In this document: positions 9,330 to 19,826 of the stretch, in pieces | Layout: each line of letters opens with the position of its first letter | Position numbering within the stretch: the first letter of the stretch is position 1 | Source: Candidatus Paceibacter sp. | Lineage (GTDB): Bacteria > Patescibacteriota > Patescibacteriia > S139-126 | Direction: 5' to 3' | Length of the DNA stretch: 52,318 nt | NCBI GenBank assembly: GCA_020724865.1 | Contig: DYGA01000006.1 | Location: 1 to 52,318, forward strand | Translations under genes and position numbers: made by a program | The notes under the pieces: model-generated | What the model saw: only the letters and a program-made list of their open reading frames with translations | Told to the model about the DNA's origin: nothing | Databases searched by the model: none

Positions 9330-11232
9330 AGTATTGTTTAAATATATCATAAGCAACCGGAACGGCATAAGTTGAACCTTCTACACCATTTTCCAACAAA
9401 ACCACCAAAACTATCTCTGGCCTATCATAAGGCGCAAAACCAGCAAACCAAGCATGGGGTTTGTTATCACCTCCGACTTGAGCTGTGCCGGTTTTGCCAG
9501 CAACAGCAAAAGGTAAACTTTTCAAATATTGGGCTGAGCCTGATTCAACTGTGGCCCTCAGTCCAGTTTTTACTATATCTAAATTTTCATTAGTTATTGG
9601 TATTTCACGTACAAGCTGAGGTTCTTTTTTATAAATTTGTCCAGTTTTTTCATCTTTAAATCCATAAACAAATCTCGGCTGATATAGCTTTCCGCCATTG
9701 ATCAGAGCGGCGTAAGCATTAGCCATTTGTAATGGGGTAACTAAAATATCCCCCTGACCTATGCTGGTATTATAAGTATCACCAATATACCAAGGTTCTT
9801 TTTTTGTTGATAACTTCCATTCAGGATCTGGAAAAAATCCCTTTTTTTCTTGAGGATAATCAACATAATTTAAAGAATTAAAACCAAAATATTCAGCATA
9901 TTTCTTTAACCTATCAATACCTAAACCTGGAAACTTTTCATAACCACCTCCCAAATAATAAAAAAATGTATTTACAGACTCGGCAATAGCTTTTATAACA
10001 TTGGTTACGCCATGACCACCTGATTTCCAATCAGGAAAAAACCATTGTGAAACTCTGATGCCACCAGTACTAAGAACAGTAGTTGTTCTATTGATAACTT
10101 TTTCCTCTAACCCGGCGGCGGCATAAATTGGTTTGATAGTTGATCCCGACGGATATTCCCCCTGAATTACCCTAAAAAATAAAGGATTATCCGTATTGGT
10201 AAAAATATCAGATATTTCCTTTTTATTTTTATTTGCTGTAATAAAAAAATTATTATCATAAGCAGGTAAGCTGACTGCGGCTCTGATTGCTCCAGTACTT
10301 GGATCCAAAGCTACCACCACACCTTTTGATAAATTATTTTTACTTAAACTTTTTTGTAAACTAGCAAAAGCTATTGATTGTAATCTGTAATCAATATTCA
10401 AAATTAAACTTAAACCATTAACTGGTTTTTGTTCGCTAATAACTTTTATCTCCTCTCCCAAAACATTTACTTCTTTAATTTTTTTACCATCTTGCCCTTT
10501 TAAATCTTGCTCATAATACAATTCCAAACCACTTTTTCCTAATTTATCATTCAGTAAATATTGGCCACTTCTGACTTTATCCAAATCAGCTTCGGTTATA
10601 TTACCTAAATACCCTAAAATGTGGGAGACTTTTTCACCATAGGGATAGTACCTTTCATTTTTTTCAAAAATATCAAAACCGGGAAAATCTTTGATTAGCA
10701 ATATCATATCCAACGCTTCGGCGGTATTTAAATCATCCAAAATGGTAATGGGCTGATTTGAGTATTGTTTATATTTATTATAGTTAGTTTTAACTTCTTC
10801 TTTATCAAATTCGTGCCAACTATATATTTTATTTAAATTATCATCTAAATTATCAACCGATATTTCGTTTGGATAAAACACTAATGAAAAACTGGGTATA
10901 TTCTTAGCTAAAACTAAATTTTTATAATCATAAATTAAACCACGATTTGCCTTTAAAACTTCAGTTTTTAGCCGATTGCCTTCCGCTAAGGAAATAAATA
11001 AATTTCCCTGATAAATCTGAATATAGGCAATTTTAAAAATAGCTACCAAAAAAAATATTATTATAAAAAACGATAAAAATATTAATTTTTTTTGATTAAA
11101 AATAAAATCAATCAAAGGATTTTCATTGATTAAATTTGACTGTTCCCCAACATAAAATCTTTGATAATAAGAATTTATTTTTTTATCTTTAATCTCCCTA
11201 TTATCTTCTTGAATTATAAATGGGTCAGACAT
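9307..11232 (-). CDS. mrdA: Penicillin-binding protein 2
   Basis: RG-x-I-x-D, R-x-YP, GSTIK (SxxK), SVN (SxN), KTGT; follows mreBCD. Confidence 0.95.
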   Translation of the reverse strand: MSDPFIIQEDNREIKDKKINSYYQRFYVGEQSNLINENPLIDFIFNQKKLIFLSFFIIIFFLVAIFKIAYIQIYQGNLFISLAEGNRLKTEVLKANRGLIYDYKNLVLAKNIPSFSLVFYPNEISVDNLDDNLNKIYSWHEFDKEEVKTNYNKYKQYSNQPITILDDLNTAEALDMILLIKDFPGFDIFEKNERYYPYGEKVSHILGYLGNITEADLDKVRSGQYLLNDKLGKSGLELYYEQDLKGQDGKKIKEVNVLGEEIKVISEQKPVNGLSLILNIDYRLQSIAFASLQKSLSKNNLSKGVVVALDPSTGAIRAAVSLPAYDNNFFITANKNKKEISDIFTNTDNPLFFRVIQGEYPSGSTIKPIYAAAGLEEKVINRTTTVLSTGGIRVSQWFFPDWKSGGHGVTNVIKAIAESVNTFFYYLGGGYEKFPGLGIDRLKKYAEYFGFNSLNYVDYPQEKKGFFPDPEWKLSTKKEPWYIGDTYNTSIGQGDILVTPLQMANAYAALINGGKLYQPRFVYGFKDEKTGQIYKKEPQLVREIPITNENLDIVKTGLRATVESGSAQYLKSLPFAVAGKTGTAQVGGDNKPHAWFAGFAPYDRPEIVLVVLLENGVEGSTYAVPVAYDIFKQYFTTDQAL

Positions 11233-11716
11233 GCTTTTTAGAAAAAATTAAATTAAAAATAATCACGAAAGCAAATAAAATCAAACTTTCAACAAAAACG
11301 GCAATAAATAAATTTTGTATATAATACCAGAGTAAATAGAAATCAAAGGAAAATTTAAAACTTATTAAAAGTAATTGAATAAATTTAAATACTATAGAAC
11401 CTATAATTACGCCAGCAGCCAATGACAATAAAGTACGGTTGGTAAACAAAAAATAAAGAATTATGTAAGTAAACCAAGCCACCACTAGATATAACACTAA
11501 ATAAAAACCAAAAAAATATAAACTGTAAATATCATTTAATAAACCAACAAATATAACCAACCACCAATGATTCATCTGATAAGCAAAGGCAATTCGCAAA
11601 AGGACATATAATAATGGCAAGTTGATAAAAATTAAAAATGTGAATTGACTAAAAAAAGATACATGTAATATCCAAAGCAATAAAATAACAAAAAAATCAA
11701 CTATTAGTTTATTCAT
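11225..11716 (-). CDS. mreD: Rod shape-determining protein MreD
   Basis: Hydrophobic 163-aa protein with GLLND, located between mreC and mrdA. Confidence 0.8.
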   Translation of the reverse strand: MNKLIVDFFVILLLWILHVSFFSQFTFLIFINLPLLYVLLRIAFAYQMNHWWLVIFVGLLNDIYSLYFFGFYLVLYLVVAWFTYIILYFLFTNRTLLSLAAGVIIGSIVFKFIQLLLISFKFSFDFYLLWYYIQNLFIAVFVESLILFAFVIIFNLIFSKKHV

Positions 11717-12491
11717 AAACCGGTTTCAATACATTGACAAAAATAATATTTTGAACTTTTTCCGGTGAAGTAATAGTGGCCGACTGAAAAAAATCACCTT
11801 CATTTTTATGAATAGCTGTTATTTGACCAATAACTAAGCCTCTGGGTATAAAGTTATCCCGCCCAGAAGTAACAACAATATCGCCAATTTTAATTTCATC
11901 TTCCTGCTCTAGGTAATTAATCCGAATACCCAAATTTCTAGTTCCCTCAACCAATCCAAGCGAATTTTTCTCATTTTGAATAAAGGCGGTAGTTTTAAAT
12001 AAAGAGCTCTCTACCAGCACAATTTGACTGGTATATTTATCTGTTTTATAAACTTTTCCAATTAAAATACCATCCGTTGTAATTACTGGCATATCAACCT
12101 GCAAACCAGAATTTTCCCCTTTATTGATCAAAATTATATTTTTTTCCAAACCTGGAATATAGCCCATAACCTCAGCTAAAACCGGCTCATAATGGGGATT
12201 ATCTTTGTAATTTAAAGCATTTTTTAATGAGATATTTTCCAATTCTAATTCTTTAAGTAAGGCATAATCAACTACTAATTTTTTTATATCCTCTCTTAAT
12301 TTTTTGTTTTCGGCTATCAAACTTTTATTGGGTGTAAAAATTTCCCAAATTTTAAGGGAAAGATTGTAAACAGGTTTTGTAATATTACCAAAGAATAAAC
12401 GCCAAGGTGATTGGAAAAGAAAAAATATTACTATAGTAAAAATAGCAATGGCTATAATATGCCAATAATTTTTTCTTTTTGTCAGCCGCAT
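11709..12491 (-). CDS. mreC: Rod shape-determining protein MreC
   Basis: TM + coiled coil, INKG, GDIVVTSG, P-x-GL-x-IG. Confidence 0.93.
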   Translation of the reverse strand: MRLTKRKNYWHIIAIAIFTIVIFFLFQSPWRLFFGNITKPVYNLSLKIWEIFTPNKSLIAENKKLREDIKKLVVDYALLKELELENISLKNALNYKDNPHYEPVLAEVMGYIPGLEKNIILINKGENSGLQVDMPVITTDGILIGKVYKTDKYTSQIVLVESSLFKTTAFIQNEKNSLGLVEGTRNLGIRINYLEQEDEIKIGDIVVTSGRDNFIPRGLVIGQITAIHKNEGDFFQSATITSPEKVQNIIFVNVLKPVYE

Positions 12492-13550
12492 TTATGATTT
12501 TATATTTTGACCCTGAGTATCATTTATTAAAATATCTTCCATTAATTTCTTATCTTCCAATAAAATTCCCGTGCCTCTAACAACACAGGTTAGAGGATCA
12601 TCCGCGATTACAACCGGTACTTGAGTTTCTCGAGCTATTACCCGGTCAAGTCCCTTCAATAAAGCTCCACCACCAGTTAAGGTTATACCTCTTTCGTAAA
12701 TATCGGCCACCAATTCCGGTGGAGTATTTTCAATTACAGTTTTTATATTTTCAACCATAACTCTAATTGAACGAGTTAAAGCTTCTCTAATCTGCATATC
12801 CGATACACTAATTTCTTTTGGTAGGCCAGTAATTAAATCCCGACCTCTAACTTTCATATCAGTATGTTCATCAAGAGGCATGGCTGAACCAATTTTTATT
12901 TTAATTTCTTCAGCGGTTTTTTCGCCAAGTAATAAGTTAAAATTCTCTCTTACATAATTTATTATTGAACGGTTTAATTCATCGCCAGCTAATCTCATTG
13001 ATTTCCAAGTAACTATTCCGGATAATGAAATAACGGCAATGTTTGTTGTGCCCCCGCCAATATCAACAACTAAATTAGCTACAGATTCTTGTACGGGTAA
13101 TCTGGCACCAATAGCCGCAGCCATAGGTTCTTCAATCAGATAAACACGACTGGCTCCAGCGGAAAGTGCTGCATCCTCAACGGCTTTTCTTTCTACTTCA
13201 GTCACTTCCAATGGAATTCCTATAATCACAACTGGTCTAGCTAACAAAGAAAAACTTTCTTTGTGCACTTTTTCAATAAAATACTTTAACATTTTTTCTG
13301 TTACTTCAAAATCTGAAATAACTCCCTCCACCAACGGTCTAACTGCTTGAATATGATCTGGGGTTTTGCCAACCATTTTTTTAGCATCAGTACCAACTGT
13401 TAAAATTTGATTCGTTCTAGTATTAACAGCCACTACTGATGGTTCATTGATAACAATGCCTTTATCTTTAACATAAACCAAAGTACTTGACGTGCCTAGG
13501 TCAATGCCCATCTCCTTAGAAAATTTAGAAAAAAGTTTATCACCAATCAT
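12492..13550 (-). CDS. mreB: Rod shape-determining protein MreB
   Basis: GIDLGT, EPSVVA, EEPMAAAIGA, DIGGGTT, TGGGALL. Confidence 0.96.
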   Translation of the reverse strand: MIGDKLFSKFSKEMGIDLGTSSTLVYVKDKGIVINEPSVVAVNTRTNQILTVGTDAKKMVGKTPDHIQAVRPLVEGVISDFEVTEKMLKYFIEKVHKESFSLLARPVVIIGIPLEVTEVERKAVEDAALSAGASRVYLIEEPMAAAIGARLPVQESVANLVVDIGGGTTNIAVISLSGIVTWKSMRLAGDELNRSIINYVRENFNLLLGEKTAEEIKIKIGSAMPLDEHTDMKVRGRDLITGLPKEISVSDMQIREALTRSIRVMVENIKTVIENTPPELVADIYERGITLTGGGALLKGLDRVIARETQVPVVIADDPLTCVVRGTGILLEDKKLMEDILINDTQGQNIKS

Positions 13551-14782
13551 TTTTTAAAATATTTAGTTAGAAAATTCATCAATTTATCTTGATTCACAAT
13601 TTGCGACTTTTCATCTTTTCTGAGTTTAATTTCAAATTTATTACCTAATTTATTGCTAACAATTAAACGCAAAGATATACCAATCAAATCTGAGTCTTTA
13701 AGTTTCTTACCAGCTGACTCTGAACGATCATCAAATAAAACCGACCACGACTTACTTAATTTTTGATAAACCTTTTCTCCCTGTTTATTGGTTGTTAAAT
13801 CTAATAAATGAATATCATAAGGCGATACAGATTTTGGCCAAATAATCCCATTTTTATCACTAAATATTTCTACTAATGTTCCCATAATACGAGATGGTCC
13901 AATTCCATAACAACCCATAAAAACCGGTTTTTCTTTTCCGTCTCTGGCTGTATAAGTAAATTGAAAACTATCACTAAAACGTGTCTTCAATTTAAAAATA
14001 TTACCAACTTCAGTAGATTTTTCTTCTGTTAATTCTTTATTACCACATTTCGGACAGTCAGGTTGTTCAACTATCAATTCTTTATTGACGGCTACTAAAC
14101 ATTTTTTACAAGTATAAATTGTATCTTCACCAGTGTGCGGAGAAACAGTCTGATATTCGTGTGAATATTTTGAAAAAGCCCCACCAGAAGCATATGTTTC
14201 ATATGTTAGGTGTCCAATCTCCAATCGGGATAAAATTTTTCGGTAAGCTACTTTAACTTCTTCGTAATATTTATCAAGATCTTCTTCGTCAATATGAAAA
14301 GAATATAAATCTTTCATTAAAAATTCCCTACCTCGCAATAATCCAGATTTTGCTCTCGCTTCGTTTCTAAACTTTGTTTGAATCTGATAAACGTAAACTG
14401 GCAAATCCTTATAAGAAAAAACCACCTTTTTTATCAAGGGAGTAACAAGTTCTTCATGAGTTGGATTTAAAGTAAAATCTTTATTACCGCTGCCTTTTAA
14501 TTTAAATAAAACATCAAAACTATCCCACCGACCTGTAGTTTGCCATAATGAAGCCGGAGCTAGGACAGGTAATAAAATTTCTTGACCACCTATAGCATTC
14601 ATTTCCTCGCGAATAATTTGATTGATATTATTTAAAACTTTTAAACCTAAAGGTAAATAATTATAAACTCCAGCGGTTACTTTATCGATAAAACCAGCGC
14701 GGATAAGTAATTGAGCATTCAAACTTTCCTCATCTTTAGGGATTTCTTTTATTGATCTACCAACTAATTGTGATTGTTTCAT
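13547..14782 (-). CDS. proS: Proline--tRNA ligase (short form, no INS editing domain)
   Basis: LLIRAGFI, PTHEE, FRNEAR, GLLRGREF, MGCYGIG; start chosen at MKQSQL (14782) rather than the ORF-track start. Confidence 0.93.
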   Translation of the reverse strand: MKQSQLVGRSIKEIPKDEESLNAQLLIRAGFIDKVTAGVYNYLPLGLKVLNNINQIIREEMNAIGGQEILLPVLAPASLWQTTGRWDSFDVLFKLKGSGNKDFTLNPTHEELVTPLIKKVVFSYKDLPVYVYQIQTKFRNEARAKSGLLRGREFLMKDLYSFHIDEEDLDKYYEEVKVAYRKILSRLEIGHLTYETYASGGAFSKYSHEYQTVSPHTGEDTIYTCKKCLVAVNKELIVEQPDCPKCGNKELTEEKSTEVGNIFKLKTRFSDSFQFTYTARDGKEKPVFMGCYGIGPSRIMGTLVEIFSDKNGIIWPKSVSPYDIHLLDLTTNKQGEKVYQKLSKSWSVLFDDRSESAGKKLKDSDLIGISLRLIVSNKLGNKFEIKLRKDEKSQIVNQDKLMNFLTKYFKK

Positions 14783-14873
14783 TTTTTTGATATTATATTG
14801 AACAAAAAAAGTATTCAAATAATAATACTTTACTAACAAATTCTATCATAATTAAAATTTATTTTCAATTGAT

Positions 14874-14900
14874 AAAAACCCTGAGATAATCAGGGTTTTT
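14874..14900. terminator. Rho-independent terminator downstream of rseP
   Basis: aaaaaccctga-gataa-tcagggttttt. Confidence 0.8.
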
Positions 14901-14903
14901 CAA

Positions 14904-16001
14904 TTAAAAAATATTTAATATTTTATCCCACCAACTAGTAAATCTGCCTATATCTTTAAAAGTTACTACTAGCACCAGCAACATCAGCAACATAAATCCA
15001 ATATTATGAACAACCGCCTCAATTTTTTGATTTAAAGGACGACGCATAATTTTTTCAATGCCTAAAAACAATACTCTGCCACCGTCCAATGCAGGTATTG
15101 GTAAAATATTTATTATAGCTAAATTGATCGATAAAAGTGCGGCAAATTGTAAAATATAAATAAAACCTAAATTAACAACTTGGCCGGTTAAAACTGCAAT
15201 TCCGACCGGTCCGGCAATATCAGCCCCCAACGAACCAGAAATAAATAAATTCTTAAGCATATCAGCAAAGGCTAAAACTATCTGCCAAGTTGTAAATATT
15301 GTTGTCTTAAAACCCTCCCATAAAGATTGATACCAAGGATAGGAAATAATCCCGGTTTTAATTAAAGCTACGCCCATTATGGCTCTGTCATTTTCATTGA
15401 TTTTTTGCGGTATAATTTCTTTGGTAATTAAATCATTTCCCCTTTTGATGTTGAGATTTACAATTTGATCAGCCTTTTCATTTATATAATTTTGTATTTC
15501 ATTTATATCGGCAAAGTTTTTCTCATCAATAGATAAAATAATATCACCCACATTTAAATTGACTTGGGCTGCTGGAGAATTAGGCTCAACGGATATTATT
15601 TGTATTTGCTGGTCACGTATATATTGAGCATTGGCATTATCTACTACTTGAGGCAACCCAACAGTATAACCAATTGTAAATAAAACCCAAGCTAAAACAA
15701 TATTCATCGTTACCCCAGCCACCAGCACAATAAATCTTTGCCAGATTTTTTTGCTGGCAAAGCTATCTGCTTGTTCCCGATAATCACCTGACTCGCCTTT
15801 TATTTTGACGAAACCTCCTAAAGGTAACCAATTTAAAGTATACAAAGTGCCATCTTTGACAAATAATTTTTTTGCCCGCGGTGGAAAGCCAAAACCGAAC
15901 TCTTCAACTTTCATGCCAAATCTTTTGGCCGCAGCAAAATGACCTAGTTCATGGACAAAAACCAGTAAACCTAAAATAACTATAAAAACTAAAATACTCA
16001 T
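14904..16001 (-). CDS. rseP: RIP metalloprotease RseP (site-2 protease, PDZ)
   Basis: HELGH, LPLGGFV, PDZ domain, NILPIPALDGG. Confidence 0.95.
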   Translation of the reverse strand: MSILVFIVILGLLVFVHELGHFAAAKRFGMKVEEFGFGFPPRAKKLFVKDGTLYTLNWLPLGGFVKIKGESGDYREQADSFASKKIWQRFIVLVAGVTMNIVLAWVLFTIGYTVGLPQVVDNANAQYIRDQQIQIISVEPNSPAAQVNLNVGDIILSIDEKNFADINEIQNYINEKADQIVNLNIKRGNDLITKEIIPQKINENDRAIMGVALIKTGIISYPWYQSLWEGFKTTIFTTWQIVLAFADMLKNLFISGSLGADIAGPVGIAVLTGQVVNLGFIYILQFAALLSINLAIINILPIPALDGGRVLFLGIEKIMRRPLNQKIEAVVHNIGFMLLMLLVLVVTFKDIGRFTSWWDKILNIF

Positions 16002-16023
16002 AATTAATTTAATAACTATTAAA

Positions 16024-16566
16024 CTAAACTGTCATAATTTCTTCTTCTTTTTGTTCACCTAATTTATTTATTTTTTCGTTATATTCGTCAACTTGAGATT
16101 GCAGCTGTTTTTGAAATTTAAAAAAATCATCTTCACTAATTTCCCCGTTATCTTTTTGATTTTTTAAATTTTTCATTATTTGTTCTCTTAATTTACGTAT
16201 AGCGATTCTGCTATCTTCTAATTTTTGATGAAGAATTTTAATTATATCCCGTCTACTTTCCTCGGTCAATGTTGGAACCTGTATCCGTATGACTGAACCA
16301 TCATTATTGGGCGTTAAATTAAGCTGAGCTTCCATTATTCCTTTTTCAATTTCCTTTAATAAGCTTTTATCCCACGGTTCAATAACAATTAATCTTGGTT
16401 CTGGAGTATGAATTGATGCTAACTGTTTTAAAGGTGTTCTAATATTATAAGCATTAATTTGTATATTTTCTACCAATGCCGGTGTAGCTCTGCCACTACG
16501 CAATGATTTTAAATCTAAATTTAAATGTTCTAATATATTGTTGAACTCTTCAGTTTTGAAATTCAT
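16024..16566 (-). CDS. frr: Ribosome recycling factor
   Basis: RSGRATP, IEPWDKS, PTLTEESR, ISEDD. Confidence 0.96.
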   Translation of the reverse strand: MNFKTEEFNNILEHLNLDLKSLRSGRATPALVENIQINAYNIRTPLKQLASIHTPEPRLIVIEPWDKSLLKEIEKGIMEAQLNLTPNNDGSVIRIQVPTLTEESRRDIIKILHQKLEDSRIAIRKLREQIMKNLKNQKDNGEISEDDFFKFQKQLQSQVDEYNEKINKLGEQKEEEIMTV

Positions 16567-16583
16567 AAAGAAATTATTAATTT

Positions 16584-17654
16584 TTATTTACTAGGCAACC
16601 AACCGCCTAAATATAAAATATTAGTTTGTTCTGGATCCATAATTAGTGATTTAATCAGTCTAGCTGTCGGTGGTTTGATGGTTGTCCAATTGGCGCCGCC
16701 ATCTACACTTCGATAAATACCTCTATCAGTACCATAAATAATTTCGTTTTCGTTCTTTTTATTTAAAACTAACGATTGTATATTAGCAGTATTTGGCTGT
16801 TGTAATAAAATATATGCCTGCCAATCGACACCAGAATTCTCACTTCTTAATAAACCATACTTTGAGGCAATCAATATTCCATCTTCAAATGAAGGAATAA
16901 ATTCTAAGGCAATTACTTCGTCAGCATTTTTAAGATCAAGTTCATTGAATCTAGGGCTTAAATCCTCCCAGGCAATACCTTTATCTGAAGAGCGATAAAA
17001 ACCTTTCTTTAAAGCAGCATATATTACCATGGGATTTTTCGGATTAATGTAAATTCCCTGAACTGGTGATTTAAAATTAGCTCTTAAAACTTGCCAACTT
17101 TCGCCATAATCTTGAGACCATATAATTTCTCCTCTATTGGCTACAGATGTTCCCATAAATATCCGACTAGAATCTTCCGGATCTATAACTATTTTAGTTA
17201 TAGTAGCGTCATTTCTTTTTTCGTAAAAAATTGATCGCCATTTACGACCGCAATCAATACTTTTATATATTTCTTTAGAACTGGCAGCATATAAAGTGCA
17301 AGGATAATTTTGATCAACGGCAAAAGATATTATATTTCCTTTGTTAGAAAGTATGGACCGCCAAGTCTCAGCTCCGTCCCAGGAAACAAAAACGCCTTTT
17401 TCTCTAGTGCCAACATATAAAGTCTTATTATCGCTTGGATCTAAATATAAAAATTCTACATTAGTATCGTTTAAAGTTAAATTTTGTTCACCCACAGACA
17501 ACACAAGGGATTTATTCTCCCAATTAGCAGCACTGTCAGTGGAACGATAAATTCCTCCATCAGGTGTTTTTTCGGTTTTAACCTGCAAAATACAACCTGA
17601 CAGAAACACTGTGAGTAACGGTAAAAATAAAATTAATTTCAACTTATTTTTCAT
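16584..17654 (-). CDS. BNR/Asp-box (YCF48/VPS10-like) beta-propeller lipoprotein
   Basis: Lipobox LSGC; seven S-x-D-x-G-x-x-W-like repeats (STDSAANW, SWDGAETW, SIDCGRKW, SQDYGESW, SSDKGIAW, SENSGVDW, SVDGGANW). Confidence 0.85.
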   Translation of the reverse strand: MKNKLKLILFLPLLTVFLSGCILQVKTEKTPDGGIYRSTDSAANWENKSLVLSVGEQNLTLNDTNVEFLYLDPSDNKTLYVGTREKGVFVSWDGAETWRSILSNKGNIISFAVDQNYPCTLYAASSKEIYKSIDCGRKWRSIFYEKRNDATITKIVIDPEDSSRIFMGTSVANRGEIIWSQDYGESWQVLRANFKSPVQGIYINPKNPMVIYAALKKGFYRSSDKGIAWEDLSPRFNELDLKNADEVIALEFIPSFEDGILIASKYGLLRSENSGVDWQAYILLQQPNTANIQSLVLNKKNENEIIYGTDRGIYRSVDGGANWTTIKPPTARLIKSLIMDPEQTNILYLGGWLPSK

Positions 17655-17662
17655 AAATTAAA

Positions 17663-18673
17663 TTATATAATATTTAAATATAAATTTTCCAAAACTAATT
17701 GTGAGTTTAAATTATAATTAATTTTATTGTTCAAAATCAGCAACTGATCAAGTATTTTTAAAGCATCTTTGGTAGAATAATATTTTGCAAACTTTTCTAA
17801 AGGAATAAGTAATTCTTGAAATCTAATTAAATTTTTTAAATTCAATTTAATTAACAAAATATCGCGAAAAATCTTTATCCAAATTTCTATTTCATTTTGC
17901 AAAATCTGTTTTTTTTCGTTAACTAAATTTTTGTTTAATAATATTTTTTTTATAAAATCAAACTTATCCGACAATGGTAATTTGTGTTTTAATAATTTTT
18001 GTTTAACTTCTTCAATTTCTTCTAACCAAAAATCATCAATTTGTAAATAGTTATCTAACAAGCCGGGCAAACCCTGAGAAAAACGAAAATATTTATCAAT
18101 CTCATTCGTTTCTTTATTTTTCTTCACATAATAATTAAATAACTCTTGTTTATTTATTGAAGTAAAACGGACAACTTGACAACGTGAAATTATGGTTTTA
18201 GGAACAGTTAAAATATTGTTGGCAATTAGTATAAATATGGTTTCTGGTGCTGGTTCTTCTAAATTTTTTAATAAAGCGTTGGCAGCTTCGTCAGTCATCA
18301 ATTCAACGTTATATATAATTACAACTTGATACTTAGCCAACAATGGCTTCATAGACAATCGTTGATTGAGGTATCTAATTTGCTCAATAGTTATATTGGC
18401 GTTATTTTCCAATTGTTTTATCTGAATTAAATCAGGATGAATTGATTTACTAACTTGCTTACAGTTATCACACTTTAAACAAGGTATATCATCAGTAAAA
18501 TCTTCATTGTGCTGGCAAAAAATCGACTGAACAAAATACAACGCAGTTTTTTGTTTATTTGTTCCTGCCGGACCAATAAAAAAATAGGCGTGAACAAAAC
18601 TTTTTTTTAATATAATATTACTAAAAAAAGTTAATAAATTTTTTGGTAACAATAAATCCCAATTTAAATCCAT
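17663..18673 (-). CDS. holB: DNA polymerase III subunit delta'
   Basis: HAYFFIGP, Cys cluster, HPD, AANALLKNLEEP, TIISRC; start chosen at ATG 18673. Confidence 0.92.
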   Translation of the reverse strand: MDLNWDLLLPKNLLTFFSNIILKKSFVHAYFFIGPAGTNKQKTALYFVQSIFCQHNEDFTDDIPCLKCDNCKQVSKSIHPDLIQIKQLENNANITIEQIRYLNQRLSMKPLLAKYQVVIIYNVELMTDEAANALLKNLEEPAPETIFILIANNILTVPKTIISRCQVVRFTSINKQELFNYYVKKNKETNEIDKYFRFSQGLPGLLDNYLQIDDFWLEEIEEVKQKLLKHKLPLSDKFDFIKKILLNKNLVNEKKQILQNEIEIWIKIFRDILLIKLNLKNLIRFQELLIPLEKFAKYYSTKDALKILDQLLILNNKINYNLNSQLVLENLYLNII

Positions 18674-18685
18674 AAATTTAATAAA

Positions 18686-18714
18686 AAAATACCACAATTT
18701 AGCCTATTTTGCAA
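18686..18714 (-). promoter_or_regulatory. Putative sigma70 promoter of holB operon
   Basis: Minus strand TTGCAA-N17-TATTTT with TG extension. Confidence 0.45.
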
Positions 18715-18722
18715 ACTATTTT

Positions 18723-19823
18723 TTATAAACTTTTACTTTGATTTAAAAACCAAAGAGTTTTGGCAGCAGTTATTTCCCAGGTAAATTGTTTTACTCTTTC
18801 CTGTGCTTGGGATTGGTATTTAGCAAACTCTTGCGGGTTAAGATTTATAGCCTTTTGCAATAATTTTAATAAAGATACTTGATCTTTAGGATCAAAATAC
18901 CAAATAATATCACCGCCAACTTCAGGCAAGGAAGTATTGTTAGCACATAAAACCAACGAACCGGCTGCCATCGCTTCAAGGATCGGCAAACCAAAACCTT
19001 CAAATAATGAGGGAAAAATGAAAGCAAAACAATTTTTTAATAAAAATATTTTTTCTTGTTCACTAACATAGCCTAAAAATATTACATTTTCCAAATTTTT
19101 AAATTTGTTTTTTATTTCCTGACTCCCGTAACCGTCTTTTCCAGCCAAAACTAAGGTAAAATTTCGATTAATTTTTAAAAACTCTTGCCAAGTATGCAAT
19201 AAAAATTCAATATTTTTCTTTTTTTCTATTCTGCCGATATATAAAAAATATTTATTTTTTATTTGCAAATCAGTTAAATTAAATTTATGGTTTGTTTGAT
19301 AAAAATCACTTAGATTTATACCCAACGGAATAACTTCAATTTTATTTTTATCAATATTAAAATTTTTCAAAATATCTTGTTTAGTAAAATTTGAAATAGT
19401 AATAATTTTTTTGGCAAATTTAATTGACCACCAAGCACTAAATCGGTGATAAAGTCTGGAAATTAAACTATACAGTTGCGGAAAATGTAAAAATCCTAAA
19501 TCATGGATAGTTACCATGGTCCGATTACGATGTATCAATGGAACACTATGTGCAGGGACAAATAAAATATCGGGTGGATTTATAAGCATTTCCCAACTTA
19601 ATCTAAAATGAGTCCAAAAAAATAAAAACGGCCAATGTAAAATTTTTATCTTAAAATTTGCCGGTAAATGGCTGGGTAAATTAAGTGCATCAGATTTTGT
19701 ATAAAGAATATAATTATTTTTAGAATCAATTTTTGTTAACTGTAAAATTAGTTGGTATGAATACCACTCTGTTCCAGTTTTTATTTTTTTGCCAGCCCGA
19801 GAAGCATCAATCCCAATTAGCAT
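18723..19823 (-). CDS. Glycosyltransferase family 4
   Basis: TIHDL, GRIEKKKN, PSLFEGFGLPILEAM. Confidence 0.92.
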   Translation of the reverse strand: MLIGIDASRAGKKIKTGTEWYSYQLILQLTKIDSKNNYILYTKSDALNLPSHLPANFKIKILHWPFLFFWTHFRLSWEMLINPPDILFVPAHSVPLIHRNRTMVTIHDLGFLHFPQLYSLISRLYHRFSAWWSIKFAKKIITISNFTKQDILKNFNIDKNKIEVIPLGINLSDFYQTNHKFNLTDLQIKNKYFLYIGRIEKKKNIEFLLHTWQEFLKINRNFTLVLAGKDGYGSQEIKNKFKNLENVIFLGYVSEQEKIFLLKNCFAFIFPSLFEGFGLPILEAMAAGSLVLCANNTSLPEVGGDIIWYFDPKDQVSLLKLLQKAINLNPQEFAKYQSQAQERVKQFTWEITAAKTLWFLNQSKSL

Positions 19824-19826
19824 ATT